Source of the DNA: Methanothrix sp. | Lineage (GTDB): Archaea; Halobacteriota; Methanosarcinia; Methanotrichales; Methanotrichaceae | DNA length: 64,000 bases | Direction of reading: 5' to 3' | NCBI GenBank assembly: GCA_963682135.1 | Contig: OY821645.1 | Coordinates: 192,001 to 256,000 of the forward strand | Part shown: positions 10,003 through 19,311 of the stretch, in pieces | How positions within the stretch are numbered: position 1 is the first letter of the stretch | Layout: each line of letters opens with the position of its first letter | The notes under the pieces: generated by a model | Told to the model about the DNA's origin: nothing | The model's database searches: none | The model's input: the letters and a program-made list of their open reading frames with translations, nothing else | Program-made: the position numbers and the translations under genes

Positions 10003-10830
10003 TTATGGCAAATGCGTCTGTTCGGCTTCCGCCACCGGGAACTTGGCCCGAATCTCCCGGCTTCTCAGCACCGGCAAATCTATCTCAGCCAAAATGCCCT
10101 CAATTCTTTTTCTCTCAGCAGAGCGCAGAGACTTCCTATCAAGATAGGCATGGGTAGCATTCGACTTGCGGCAAGCCTCCTCCACTACCTCACGATTTAC
10201 TCCTGCTATCTGGTAATTGGAAAAGAGATGCCCAAAGGCTACATTTGCCTTGAACAACAACTCAGTCTGCCTGGCCACATAGTGCCCGCCGCCAAAGCCC
10301 AGGAATACAGGAAGCTGCTTGCACTCAATGGCCAGGATTGCCCGTGCTACCGTCTCCCCCGCCTGCCGATCCTGCCATTCTTTCAAAGTGCTGCCAATCT
10401 CCGCAAAAAAGCAGGGGGTCTTCAAGTCCACTGGCCCGTGATGAGTGGCCTCTGCTGATACTGCAAAGCCGGGAAGAGATATGTTATGCAAAAATGATCG
10501 CAGGCCGCAGGGTGAAGCCGTTGAAAGCTTACTCTGTCCGTCTTCCAGTATGCCTGTGAAGTGCCCACCCAGCCAGGGCAATCCAGCTTTCGCCTCGTGG
10601 CGGCTGGCAAAGACCACCATCTCCGTCTGCAATCCTAAATCAGACAGCCGATCATCCAGGCCGCTTAAACGTGTCTGCTTTTCGTCGTGAATTATCAGAC
10701 GCCACCGGCCATAGGACCTGTAGCCTTCCTCACACTGCCAGGAGCACAGCTCCCGTAGACGCTCACAAATATTGAAGCTTGCCGGATCTGCCCTAGAGCA
10801 GATTACGGCAATCTCGCGTTCCGATGCAAT
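10003..10830 (-). CDS. dtdA: D-aminoacyl-tRNA deacylase (archaeal DtdA/GEK1)
   Basis: ICSRADPASFNI, VFASRH, EATHHGP, EIGS and GFGGGHY motifs; frame open 66 codons upstream of the tracked TTG with no ATG/GTG/TTG. Confidence 0.88.
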   Translation of the reverse strand: MASEREIAVICSRADPASFNICERLRELCSWQCEEGYRSYGRWRLIIHDEKQTRLSGLDDRLSDLGLQTEMVVFASRHEAKAGLPWLGGHFTGILEDGQSKLSTASPCGLRSFLHNISLPGFAVSAEATHHGPVDLKTPCFFAEIGSTLKEWQDRQAGETVARAILAIECKQLPVFLGFGGGHYVARQTELLFKANVAFGHLFSNYQIAGVNREVVEEACRKSNATHAYLDRKSLRSAERKRIEGILAEIDLPVLRSREIRAKFPVAEAEQTHLP

Positions 10831-10832
10831 CT

Positions 10833-11900
10833 TCAGATCTCCTTGCTCACATCCAGCATTTTAGCTACCATGGGCGCGTAATCGATCTTGCTGGCCTTTA
10901 TCTCGGCAAGCGGCATGATAACGAGCATGGGTCTCTCAATGATCAGACCCTGAGCTGAGAGAGCACGAAGCTCCTTATCCATGCGGTTCTTTAGGTCCGG
11001 ATATCCTGTGGACAAAAAGGCGCCAAAGATCTCTCCCGGCTGCAAATAACTGAACAGAGGCGCTCCAATCCTGCGGAAGGCCTGGTAGACCTGAGCAAGA
11101 TCCTGGCGATCGTGACCATGCCTGATGCGCACATGATAAAAGGACATCAGTTCGCAGCAGATCTTCTGCCAATCCACATAGGCCTCGCGAGTCAGTAGCC
11201 CGCTCTGGAAGAACTTGGTTCGCTTTCCAGAGATGGTAGGCCGAGAGATGCCGGTTCTCCGGGAAAGCTCCAGGTCTGAGAGCATGGGATACTTTACAAA
11301 TGAGTAGAGCGTGAGCTTATCCTTCTCTGTGAGGCGCGAGTCCTCAGTTATAGCTGCTTTGGGCGTTATTACCTCATCAGATAGATCGGATCTTGTGAGA
11401 TCAAAAAGGCCGTCTACTGCGAGAGCCGCATCAGCCGAGTAGCTGGAGACCTGGAAAGGATAGTGGAAATAATGAATATCTTCCACAAACTCGCTGCGGT
11501 AGTACTCGTCGATTATAGGATCAAAGTTTACCCGAAAGTCAGTGAGGCTTCTAGAGTAGAACGTAGACACTGAATCGGTATCTGTGGCAATGTGCGAGAC
11601 ACAATTGGGGTAATTCACCCAATTCTGATACGAGGTGGATCCTTTCCTTACCTCAAAGGAAGCGGTCGGATTGTATTTCACGAAGACGGAGGTCAGGATT
11701 TCGGCACCTACAGCTTCACCGGAAGGCACATTCAAAAGTTTTATGAGTTTCCAATCTCTAAACTTTCTTTTGCTCTTGAATATTGTTGAGCGATCAACGC
11801 CTATATTAGAAGCGAGATCTATGTCACTGAGCCCCGGATATCTGGCAAGACCATAAAGAACTAACCTCTCCTTTGATGTCAATTTTAGCTGCATTCGCAT
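10833..11900 (-). CDS. tandem Lrp/AsnC-like HTH transcription regulator
   Basis: Two HTH modules (PGLSDIDLASNIGVDRSTI; PMLSDLELSRRTGISRPTI). Confidence 0.75.
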   Translation of the reverse strand: MRMQLKLTSKERLVLYGLARYPGLSDIDLASNIGVDRSTIFKSKRKFRDWKLIKLLNVPSGEAVGAEILTSVFVKYNPTASFEVRKGSTSYQNWVNYPNCVSHIATDTDSVSTFYSRSLTDFRVNFDPIIDEYYRSEFVEDIHYFHYPFQVSSYSADAALAVDGLFDLTRSDLSDEVITPKAAITEDSRLTEKDKLTLYSFVKYPMLSDLELSRRTGISRPTISGKRTKFFQSGLLTREAYVDWQKICCELMSFYHVRIRHGHDRQDLAQVYQAFRRIGAPLFSYLQPGEIFGAFLSTGYPDLKNRMDKELRALSAQGLIIERPMLVIMPLAEIKASKIDYAPMVAKMLDVSKEI

Positions 11901-12041
11901 AGCATATACATTTTATAAGTATTTATAGATTGCCTAATCTTAGATTTCCGGGTATATCTCTGCGTCATATACAAGGGATCGTAAGATCAATTTTGCCAGA
12001 ATTTAATTAAGGAGCCAAGAGCTTGCACTTCTCTTGCGAGA

Positions 12042-12626
12042 TCACATTCTAAATGGATGGGAGAGGTATTCTCTTCTCCTAATAGAAAACGGAAAATCAT
12101 GTCCTGGAACCACAATATCGCAAAGCGCTATTATTCTCTGCATACTGGCAATGGCCAGGTCACGATCGACGTGTAAGGCAGGAGGAACTTTTTTAAGAAA
12201 ATTTCCAAAGGTAGGAAGAGCATCACCGCATATTACTATTGTTGTTATTTGCGATTCTACATCACCCATATCAACTACTACGGAAATACTGTCCATGCTG
12301 TGGCCCGGAGTTGCCATGACCCAAACGCCGGGTGCTATTACATCTCCCTCCTTTGCCATCAGGATCTTCGCACGGGAAAAAAGATGATTGTTGCCACAGT
12401 GATCCGGATGGGAATGAGTATTGACAATGCTTTTGACCTCCTCCGGCTTTACGCATAGTTTTGCCAATTCCCCCAGGATCAGCTCCTCTTCACCCTGAAG
12501 ACCGCTGTCCACAATAATTATCTGCTGCCCGCTGATTATCAATGTCACCGAAGATCGAGCGTCCAGGATCCGACCATACTCGTCTCTCTCAATCGATCCG
12601 GGCTTGACAAGGAATACGGCGGGCAT
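12042..12626 (-). CDS. MBL-fold metallo-hydrolase
   Basis: THSHPDHCG, TPGHS, GDA and VPGH motifs. Confidence 0.9.
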   Translation of the reverse strand: MPAVFLVKPGSIERDEYGRILDARSSVTLIISGQQIIIVDSGLQGEEELILGELAKLCVKPEEVKSIVNTHSHPDHCGNNHLFSRAKILMAKEGDVIAPGVWVMATPGHSMDSISVVVDMGDVESQITTIVICGDALPTFGNFLKKVPPALHVDRDLAIASMQRIIALCDIVVPGHDFPFSIRRREYLSHPFRM

Positions 12627-12672
12627 TCTTTGCTATCCTCAAACAAGTCTTGCCATGTTCAACTTGCCTTGC

Positions 12673-14016
12673 TCAAGCAAGGTAGAGCTTTTGCAGCTTC
12701 TCGCAAACCCTCTCTACCTGAGCCACGGCGGTTCCGATATACCGGTGCGGATCAAGCAAGGCATCTATATCGTTGGCACTCAGGTGGCGCAAGACTGTCT
12801 CGTTCTCCAAAAGGACCTCTGCCAGCTCCCTCTTCTGCTCAAACGCAGTCATAGAACTCTGGCGCATGATCTCATGTGCCTGCTGGCGGCCCACGCCTTT
12901 CTTGGCCAGCTCCACCATCACGTTCTCGGCCATATTCAGTCCGTGCAGCATAATCAAATTCCGCTCGATATTCTCAGGCCGCAGCCGCATCCGGCTGAGC
13001 GTGCGCGTGGCCAGAGTGATAAGGTGGTCGGTGAAGATGAAGGCTTCCGGAAAAACGATGCGCTCGCAGCTACTATTGGTAAGATCGCGCTCATCCCAGA
13101 GGGGAATGTTCTCAAAGGCAGGCAGGATTTGTGCTCGCACGATTCTGGACAGGCCGCAGATCTGTTCCGACTTAATCGGATTTCTCTTGTGAGGCATGGT
13201 CGAGGAGCCAACCTGTTTTTTGCCGAACCCCTCTTCTACTTCAGCGATCTCTGTGCGCTGCAAAGTGCGCATCTCCACGAAAATCTTGTCCAGGGTGGCA
13301 GACACGAGCGCCATCCAGCAGACCATCTCAGCATGTCTATCACGCTGCACGACCTGATTGGAGACATCTACCTCGTTAAGACCGAGGTGCAACATGACGC
13401 GTGCCTGAATCTCCATTCCATTAAGCCCGTAAGCGGCCTGAGTGCCTACTGCACCACTCATCTTGCCAACCGCAGCGCGGGGCCGCATCTGTGCCAATCG
13501 TTCGATATGGCGCCCGATTTCTGAGGCCCAGATGGCGAATCGCAGGCCATAGGTGGTGGGCACAGCGATCTGGCCGTGCGTTCTGCCGGCGCAGACCAGG
13601 GCTTTATTCTTCATGGCCAGATCGAGCAGTAGCGCCAGGAGATCTTTCAATTTAGGCTCCAGTACATCCAGAGAAGCCTTGATCTGTAGGCCTGTGGCCG
13701 TATCCAGGATGTCGTTGGAGGTGGCGCCCAGGTGAATCCACTCCCCAAATTTCGGAGCGCACTCCGCCATGGCCAGGACGGTGGCCATCATGTCGTGGCC
13801 GATCTCGTCCTCAATCTGCTTGGCCCTTTCCGGAAGCGTCGACTTTGCAGCAGCGGCAATCTCCGCAGCTGCACCCTGGGGAATCATGCCCAGCTCTTCT
13901 TCGGCCTGAGAAAGGGCGGCTTCTACGCGAAATAGACAGCGCAGCCGATAGTCCTCTTCCCAGATATCCTTCATCTCTTTGGTGCCGTATCTAAATTCAA
14001 TAGGGTGAATAGACAT
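12673..14016 (-). CDS. purB: adenylosuccinate lyase
   Basis: HLGATSND, GRTHGQ and GSSTMPHKRNP motifs. Confidence 0.95.
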   Translation of the reverse strand: MSIHPIEFRYGTKEMKDIWEEDYRLRCLFRVEAALSQAEEELGMIPQGAAAEIAAAAKSTLPERAKQIEDEIGHDMMATVLAMAECAPKFGEWIHLGATSNDILDTATGLQIKASLDVLEPKLKDLLALLLDLAMKNKALVCAGRTHGQIAVPTTYGLRFAIWASEIGRHIERLAQMRPRAAVGKMSGAVGTQAAYGLNGMEIQARVMLHLGLNEVDVSNQVVQRDRHAEMVCWMALVSATLDKIFVEMRTLQRTEIAEVEEGFGKKQVGSSTMPHKRNPIKSEQICGLSRIVRAQILPAFENIPLWDERDLTNSSCERIVFPEAFIFTDHLITLATRTLSRMRLRPENIERNLIMLHGLNMAENVMVELAKKGVGRQQAHEIMRQSSMTAFEQKRELAEVLLENETVLRHLSANDIDALLDPHRYIGTAVAQVERVCEKLQKLYLA

Positions 14017-14213
14017 GTTGGGGTGAATAGTGCGGGGGGTTGATGGAACTTTTGGTTGCGCCTTCAAAGGCGGATGAAGAGACTGCAGGAGAATTCATTC
14101 TTCACTATTCCTCAATCGTATTTCTTCTTATTATTCCTGACAGATGCTGCAAAAAAATAATAAAGTATATGAAACAGTAAATCAATCAAACAATGGGTGA
14201 TGAATTGCCAAGG

Positions 14214-14540
14214 ATGAAATCTTTTGCAAGAGGCATAATCGTATTCATAACGGTCATGCTCTCTCTGGGGTCTATTGCGATCGGTGCGAGCACTGATAAG
14301 GGCGTAAGCCCTGACCAGAATGTGAAAGCCTCGTTTTCCGGGACGGTTCACTCAATTGGCGCAAGCCATGGCAGTGGCTTTTTCAGCGGTCAGATTGTGG
14401 CAATCGCCTTGAATCCACGGCCCGAGCCGCCGATATACAGGATCAGTGTGAACGTCGGCAAAGGCATTTTCAGCGGCCAGATTGTGTACGGGGCCATTAA
14501 TCCTCAGCCGGAGCCTCCTGGAGCAGGGACCAAACCTTAG
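14214..14540 (+). CDS. small secreted protein with two LNPQPEPP-type repeats
   Basis: Signal peptide; GxGxFSGQIVxxA(L/I)NPxPEPP occurs twice. Confidence 0.7.
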   Translation: MKSFARGIIVFITVMLSLGSIAIGASTDKGVSPDQNVKASFSGTVHSIGASHGSGFFSGQIVAIALNPRPEPPIYRISVNVGKGIFSGQIVYGAINPQPEPPGAGTKP

Positions 14541-14727
14541 AAACGATATTGAGAGTGCACCTCGCAAAGACACAAATGACAAACTATAATTTTTTTCTCG
14601 AATTGATTTAATCAATATTAAGGAAAAGAACCGATACATTCAAATTATAATTAATATATAATCGACTAAAAATATAATAAATTATTAATAGTTAAAGCTC
14701 AATAAGATTAAACGAAAGGAAGAGAGG

Positions 14728-15789
14728 ATGCTGATGTTTGCGCCGGAAAGAAGAAGCTTGATTTTGACATTTTTATTGGCATTTATAATCGTGATGGTAA
14801 GTCCTTCAAACAGTTCGATTTATCCATTCGGCAGCAAAGTCTTGCCAGGTGACCTGGATATCGGCAGACCCCTTTTCCGTCTTCCCGCAGAGACCACCAT
14901 TGCTTATTGGGATATTGGAACTCCGGGTTATGATGAAAGCGACCCGGTCTATCTGCACATCGGGCATTCTGCCAGCGGCACGACCAACGCCAACGATGTG
15001 AGACTGACTTTTATTGATAATGTATCTCCCGGATCGAAGGTGACATTTCAGGATTTCGACATGAATAAGCCTCTAAAGCAGCTTTATTCGATAATCAGCT
15101 TCCTAGATATTCATGGCAGTCGCGCATATGATCTCGATGATCCTGTTTACCTGCACCATATCGACTGCATGGACCATTCCGATCATCCTGACGATATTTG
15201 CGTTGAAGATTCTGAAAATCCTGCCGATATGATGACAGGCTTTAGTGAGCGCCTTCCATACCGTGGAAGAGAGGTCTCTTCACCGGGATTGGGATTCGCC
15301 CAGTTTACAGATAATTATAAATTGTTCATTTCAGATAAAATCCTCGATAAGAAACCAAGGAAAGTCGGCGAAATGCGGGGACTGGCCATTGAAATGGTTC
15401 ACGGCCTGAAGGCCAACTATTATCATGTTCTAGGAACCTGGCTTATCAAGATTCAAATCCCTAAGGATGATGAATCTTCTGGCAGAGGATGGGAAGATCT
15501 TTCTGATCAGTTTATCCAAACCAATGATATCCGATTAAGCTGCATGGGAAATCTGATAGCTGGGACAAAAGTCACGAATTTTGATGAGGATCAGAATAAA
15601 ATACTGGCTTGGCCACCTCTGGCAAGCTTACTCGGACCTGTCATAGATACCGTAAAGCTGGGCTTCTTCGATGTAAACGGCAATGGAGTTTACGACTACG
15701 AAGACGACGTATACTTGAATGTGCCTTCTGGTCTGTCCAAGGGTGTGGTCACGGCAAATAATGTGAGGCTCTCCGGGCCAATCCTGTAA
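14728..15789 (+). CDS. secreted Asp-rich repeat protein
   Basis: Signal peptide; three YDxxD(P/D)VYL and N(D/N)(V/I)RL repeats; DVNGNG Ca-loop-like motif. Confidence 0.7.
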   Translation: MLMFAPERRSLILTFLLAFIIVMVSPSNSSIYPFGSKVLPGDLDIGRPLFRLPAETTIAYWDIGTPGYDESDPVYLHIGHSASGTTNANDVRLTFIDNVSPGSKVTFQDFDMNKPLKQLYSIISFLDIHGSRAYDLDDPVYLHHIDCMDHSDHPDDICVEDSENPADMMTGFSERLPYRGREVSSPGLGFAQFTDNYKLFISDKILDKKPRKVGEMRGLAIEMVHGLKANYYHVLGTWLIKIQIPKDDESSGRGWEDLSDQFIQTNDIRLSCMGNLIAGTKVTNFDEDQNKILAWPPLASLLGPVIDTVKLGFFDVNGNGVYDYEDDVYLNVPSGLSKGVVTANNVRLSGPIL

Positions 15790-15896
15790 GTTAACGGGAT
15801 ATACTTCTCTTTTTGATTCGGCGAGGTTAAGCTGATTTTGGAATTATGGTGAAGCGGTAACGCTTCAGACCTTTTTTCTATTTGAATTTAAAATCA

Positions 15897-16616
15897 TCAG
15901 TTCTCCTCATAAATCGGCTTTTCCGGCACCAGGTAGATCGTCCAGAAGACCAGCGCGGTTACCAGTGCTTTAACGATGATATTGGTCCAGACCATCTGTT
16001 GCAAGCTCTCCACTCCCAAAACCCCGGCAAAAGCGATGATGGGAAACATCAGACTGTCCACGGGAATGGAGATGGAGTTGGAGGCGAATACTCTCGTCCA
16101 CTGCGGCCATTTTTCTCTGCCGCTCCGTGTCCAGATCTGGTAGACCTTGGTGTCGATCAGCTCGGCGACCAACGCCGTGAGGATGGATGCCAGCACGATC
16201 CTCATTTGCAGGGAAAAGAGAAATTCCCAGGCAACCTGGCCTCCGGCATTTGCCCAATCCGTCTGTGCCGGCAGCAGGACCACCAGTTGAAAATATAGAG
16301 CAGCAAGAAGGTTGACTGCTGCCGACAGCCAGATGGTGGTGATTGCCGCCTTCTGGCCGAGCTGCTTGTGTATGAGGTCGCGCCAGGTGAAGGTTAATGA
16401 GTAAATGAAGCCCGCGTCCATTACCAGGCCGCCGAAGTAGGTGACCTTGGTGGCAGCGATGTTTCCTGCCAGGGAGAAGAAGAGGTAAAGGCCGGATAAG
16501 ATTACGGCAGCCTGAGTCCTATCAATCTTCAATTTGCAGCCAGCAATCCGGTTGTTATCGGATTTCTGCGTTTTCTGGCCAACACATCCACTTTGGTCCT
16601 CTATCCTCATCGGCAT
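15897..16616 (-). CDS. queuosine precursor transporter (YhhQ/QPTR/VUT family)
   Basis: GNIAATK, DAGFIYSLTFTWRDL, RIVLASILTALVAELID and RVFASNSISIPVDSLMF motifs. Confidence 0.85.
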   Translation of the reverse strand: MPMRIEDQSGCVGQKTQKSDNNRIAGCKLKIDRTQAAVILSGLYLFFSLAGNIAATKVTYFGGLVMDAGFIYSLTFTWRDLIHKQLGQKAAITTIWLSAAVNLLAALYFQLVVLLPAQTDWANAGGQVAWEFLFSLQMRIVLASILTALVAELIDTKVYQIWTRSGREKWPQWTRVFASNSISIPVDSLMFPIIAFAGVLGVESLQQMVWTNIIVKALVTALVFWTIYLVPEKPIYEEN

Positions 16617-16617
16617 C

Positions 16618-17910
16618 CTAAATCGTTCTCAGCCATCGTTCTTTCATTTCCGCAAACGTACCCGTTCGTATGCTTTCTCTGATCTCTTCCATGAAGCTGA
16701 GTATAAAATGTAGATTATGAAGCGTGGCCAGCCGGAAGTAGGACAGCTCTCGTGAGACATAGAGATGGCGAAGGTAAGCTCGCGAGTAGGTGGCGCAGGT
16801 CGAACAGGTGCAATTGGAGTCGATTGGCGAGCCGTCCTCTTTGAATTTCGCCGATTTGATATTAATGTGGAACTTATTGTCCTGTGATCCACCTGCTTGA
16901 GGCGAGAGCAAGAGGCTTCCTCGCCTGGCGATTCTGGTGGGAGAGACGCAGTCAAAGGTATCGATTCCTCGGGCCACGCATTCAAATATATCGTCGATCT
17001 CGCCTATGCCCAGGAGGTGTCGTGGCCGGTCGTCATCCAATCTGGGAACAGTCCAGTCCAGGACCTGATGCATGTCTTGCTTGCTGTTCCCCAGAGAGCC
17101 CCCAATGGCAATGCCGTCAAAAGGCTGGGCAGAGATGGCCTGTGTGCTTTCCTGCCTCAAATCCTCAAACCACCCGCCCTGTATTATGCCATAGAGAGCC
17201 TGATCTTTATCATGATATGAAATGGACTCCTGCGCCCAATCATGGGTTCTTTGCATTGCCTTCTTGGTGTAATCGTAGTCTGAGAGAGGAGAAGTGCATT
17301 CGTCAAATGCCATGATGATATCAGACCCGAGGTTAGATTGAATCTTCATCGACTTTTCTGCATTTAAAAAATGCCAGGCTCCGTCGGCAAGGGACTTGAA
17401 AGAGATGCCCTCATCGGTGATCTTAGTCAAATTCTCCTTCTTGGCCACCTTATGCTTTGCTTTCTCGCGATCAACGGATCTTATGCAATTGTCATCATAT
17501 TTTTTCCGGTAGTCTTTATAAATCTCGGCATGATCACTTGATGCCATTTCTTCCGGGAAGATATTTCCGATTTTGCTGATGTTATGCTCTCTGGCAAAGC
17601 CTAAGGAAAATGCCTGAAATCCGCCGGAATCGGTGAACGTGGGCCGGTCAAATCCCATGAACCGGTGCAGTCCGCCTAGCCTCTTTATCAGCTCGTCGCC
17701 CGGCGACAAATGAAGATGGTAGGTATTGGCAAGGGTACACTCTGCGCCTAAACTGAGCAGGTCATCGGAGCCCAAAGCTCTTACGCTGCCCATTGTTGCC
17801 ACCGGGACCAGGTAGGGTGTCTGTATATCTCCCCGCCTGGTTTTTATCAGACCCAGTCTTGCTGAAGATTGCTTATCCTGCTTTAATATCTCAAAAGATA
17901 TCGCGCCCAT
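16618..17910 (-). CDS. tgt: bacterial-type tRNA-guanine(34) transglycosylase
   Basis: LANTYHL, TDSGGFQ, AFDEC, GIIQGG, GGSLG, HLLGIG, FDC and Zn site CTCSTC...H; no C-terminal PUA extension. Confidence 0.92.
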   Translation of the reverse strand: MGAISFEILKQDKQSSARLGLIKTRRGDIQTPYLVPVATMGSVRALGSDDLLSLGAECTLANTYHLHLSPGDELIKRLGGLHRFMGFDRPTFTDSGGFQAFSLGFAREHNISKIGNIFPEEMASSDHAEIYKDYRKKYDDNCIRSVDREKAKHKVAKKENLTKITDEGISFKSLADGAWHFLNAEKSMKIQSNLGSDIIMAFDECTSPLSDYDYTKKAMQRTHDWAQESISYHDKDQALYGIIQGGWFEDLRQESTQAISAQPFDGIAIGGSLGNSKQDMHQVLDWTVPRLDDDRPRHLLGIGEIDDIFECVARGIDTFDCVSPTRIARRGSLLLSPQAGGSQDNKFHINIKSAKFKEDGSPIDSNCTCSTCATYSRAYLRHLYVSRELSYFRLATLHNLHFILSFMEEIRESIRTGTFAEMKERWLRTI

Positions 17911-18108
17911 ATCCGATTACCTGAATGAAGCCATTATTTCCCAAATCCCGCCACATGAAAATTGCCCAATCTTGCTCTCATGCCTAGTTTCCCTTTGCAG
18001 TCAGCCGGCGGAAAAAGCTTTTGCATGAATAACGTATGAATGGAGTAGGCTACTCTATAAAATTGTGTATCCGAAATGAAAAAGTTTAAATGTTGTCGAG
18101 GATTGAAG

Positions 18109-18602
18109 ATGAGCGTGCATAGCGGCGGAATTCTCCTATTCAGGTTTAGAGCAAACAAGCTGGAAGTGCTGCTAGTCCATCCAGGTGGCCCTTTTTGGTC
18201 AGGGAAAGATGAGGGTGCCTGGTCGATACCCAAAGGCGTTTTTAGAGATCATGAGAGCCCACTGGACGCTGCGAAAAGGGAATTTAGAGAGGAGACGGGC
18301 TATGAAGTTGCAGGGCAGTTCACAAATCTTGGCACGATCCGGCAGCCCAGCAAAAAGATTGTGCATGTGTGGGCAAATCAATCTGATTTAGATGCCTCTC
18401 TGGCCAAGAGCAATAAATTTAGCATGGAATGGCCGAGAAAATCCGAATCATGAGAGAATTTCCCGAGGTCGACAAAGCCGAATGGTTCGAGGCTGGGAAA
18501 GCCAGAAAAAAAATCCTGAAAGGGCAGGCCGGTTTTATTGATAGACTCCTGAAGGCAGTCAATTATGATCTAAAAAAAGAAGCCATTACAGAGCCTTCTT
18601 GA
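18109..18602 (+). pseudogene. NUDIX hydrolase, frameshifted
   Basis: HPGGPFW and AAKREFREETG motifs; MEWPRKS[fs ~18445]IMREFPEVDKAEWF. Confidence 0.8.
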
Positions 18603-19284
18603 CCATTTCCACCAACTCCTTCTGTATTGCGCTCCTGCGATCTCCTCCACAGACGATGCCGCGCACGCCGATGATGTCCGGCTGCAACCTTCCCAGAAGC
18701 TCCAGATGGGCGAAGTTGATGCTTCCGGCAATTGCCACCTCTAGACCGGCGGCATGGCCCAGATCGATAAAGTCTCTTAGATCCTGCTCGCTCATGAAAT
18801 CAAAGGTAGGCTTTCCGTCTTTGACGGCTGTGTCTACCATTACAAGGTCTGCGCCGGCTTTGGCAGCAGCCGCGGGCAGGAGTTGGGGAGAGATGGATCC
18901 AACTCGGGCGTAGTCAGAGTAGGCTGATGCAACCACCTTCTTGCCGGCATCGTAGTCCTTGACGGCTCGTACGATACCCACCAGCATCTCTTCCGCTTGG
19001 GCTGGAGTCTTTACGCCTAAGAGGCCCGCCTTTACGTACTCGGCACCGGAGACCGCCGCACCTAGAGCCGCCAGGCTCGCGGTGCCCGGCTTGAATTCCA
19101 GGTCGCCGATTGTGGCGGAAACCGGCACCCTGCCTTGGGCCAGGTCTGCCACAGCCCGGATAGCCCAGGGAAAGTTCGCGCCAAGCGATCCTTCTTTGGG
19201 ATTTTTAACGTCTATTATGTCTGCACCGCCGGCCAGAGCCGCTCGTGCTTCATCAATATTCATGGGGCTAACCAACAATCTCAT
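18586..19284 (-). CDS. mfnB: (5-formylfuran-3-yl)methyl phosphate synthase
   Basis: MRLLVSP, DIIDVKNPKEGSLGA, SATIGD and MVDTAVKDG motifs. Confidence 0.92.
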   Translation of the reverse strand: MRLLVSPMNIDEARAALAGGADIIDVKNPKEGSLGANFPWAIRAVADLAQGRVPVSATIGDLEFKPGTASLAALGAAVSGAEYVKAGLLGVKTPAQAEEMLVGIVRAVKDYDAGKKVVASAYSDYARVGSISPQLLPAAAAKAGADLVMVDTAVKDGKPTFDFMSEQDLRDFIDLGHAAGLEVAIAGSINFAHLELLGRLQPDIIGVRGIVCGGDRRSAIQKELVEMVKKAL

Positions 19285-19311
19285 ATTCATCCAATCCCGA
19301 AAGGAGCAATC

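Noticed and set aside
12604-13524. Long antisense ORFs (also 23792-24433, 24656-25363, 27926-28759, 52148-52771)
   Set aside because: Shadows of GC3-rich real genes on the opposite strand
17911-18060. Possible preQ1 riboswitch upstream of tgt (aaactagg on the minus strand)
   Set aside because: No P1 stem, loop consensus or A-rich tail of preQ1-I
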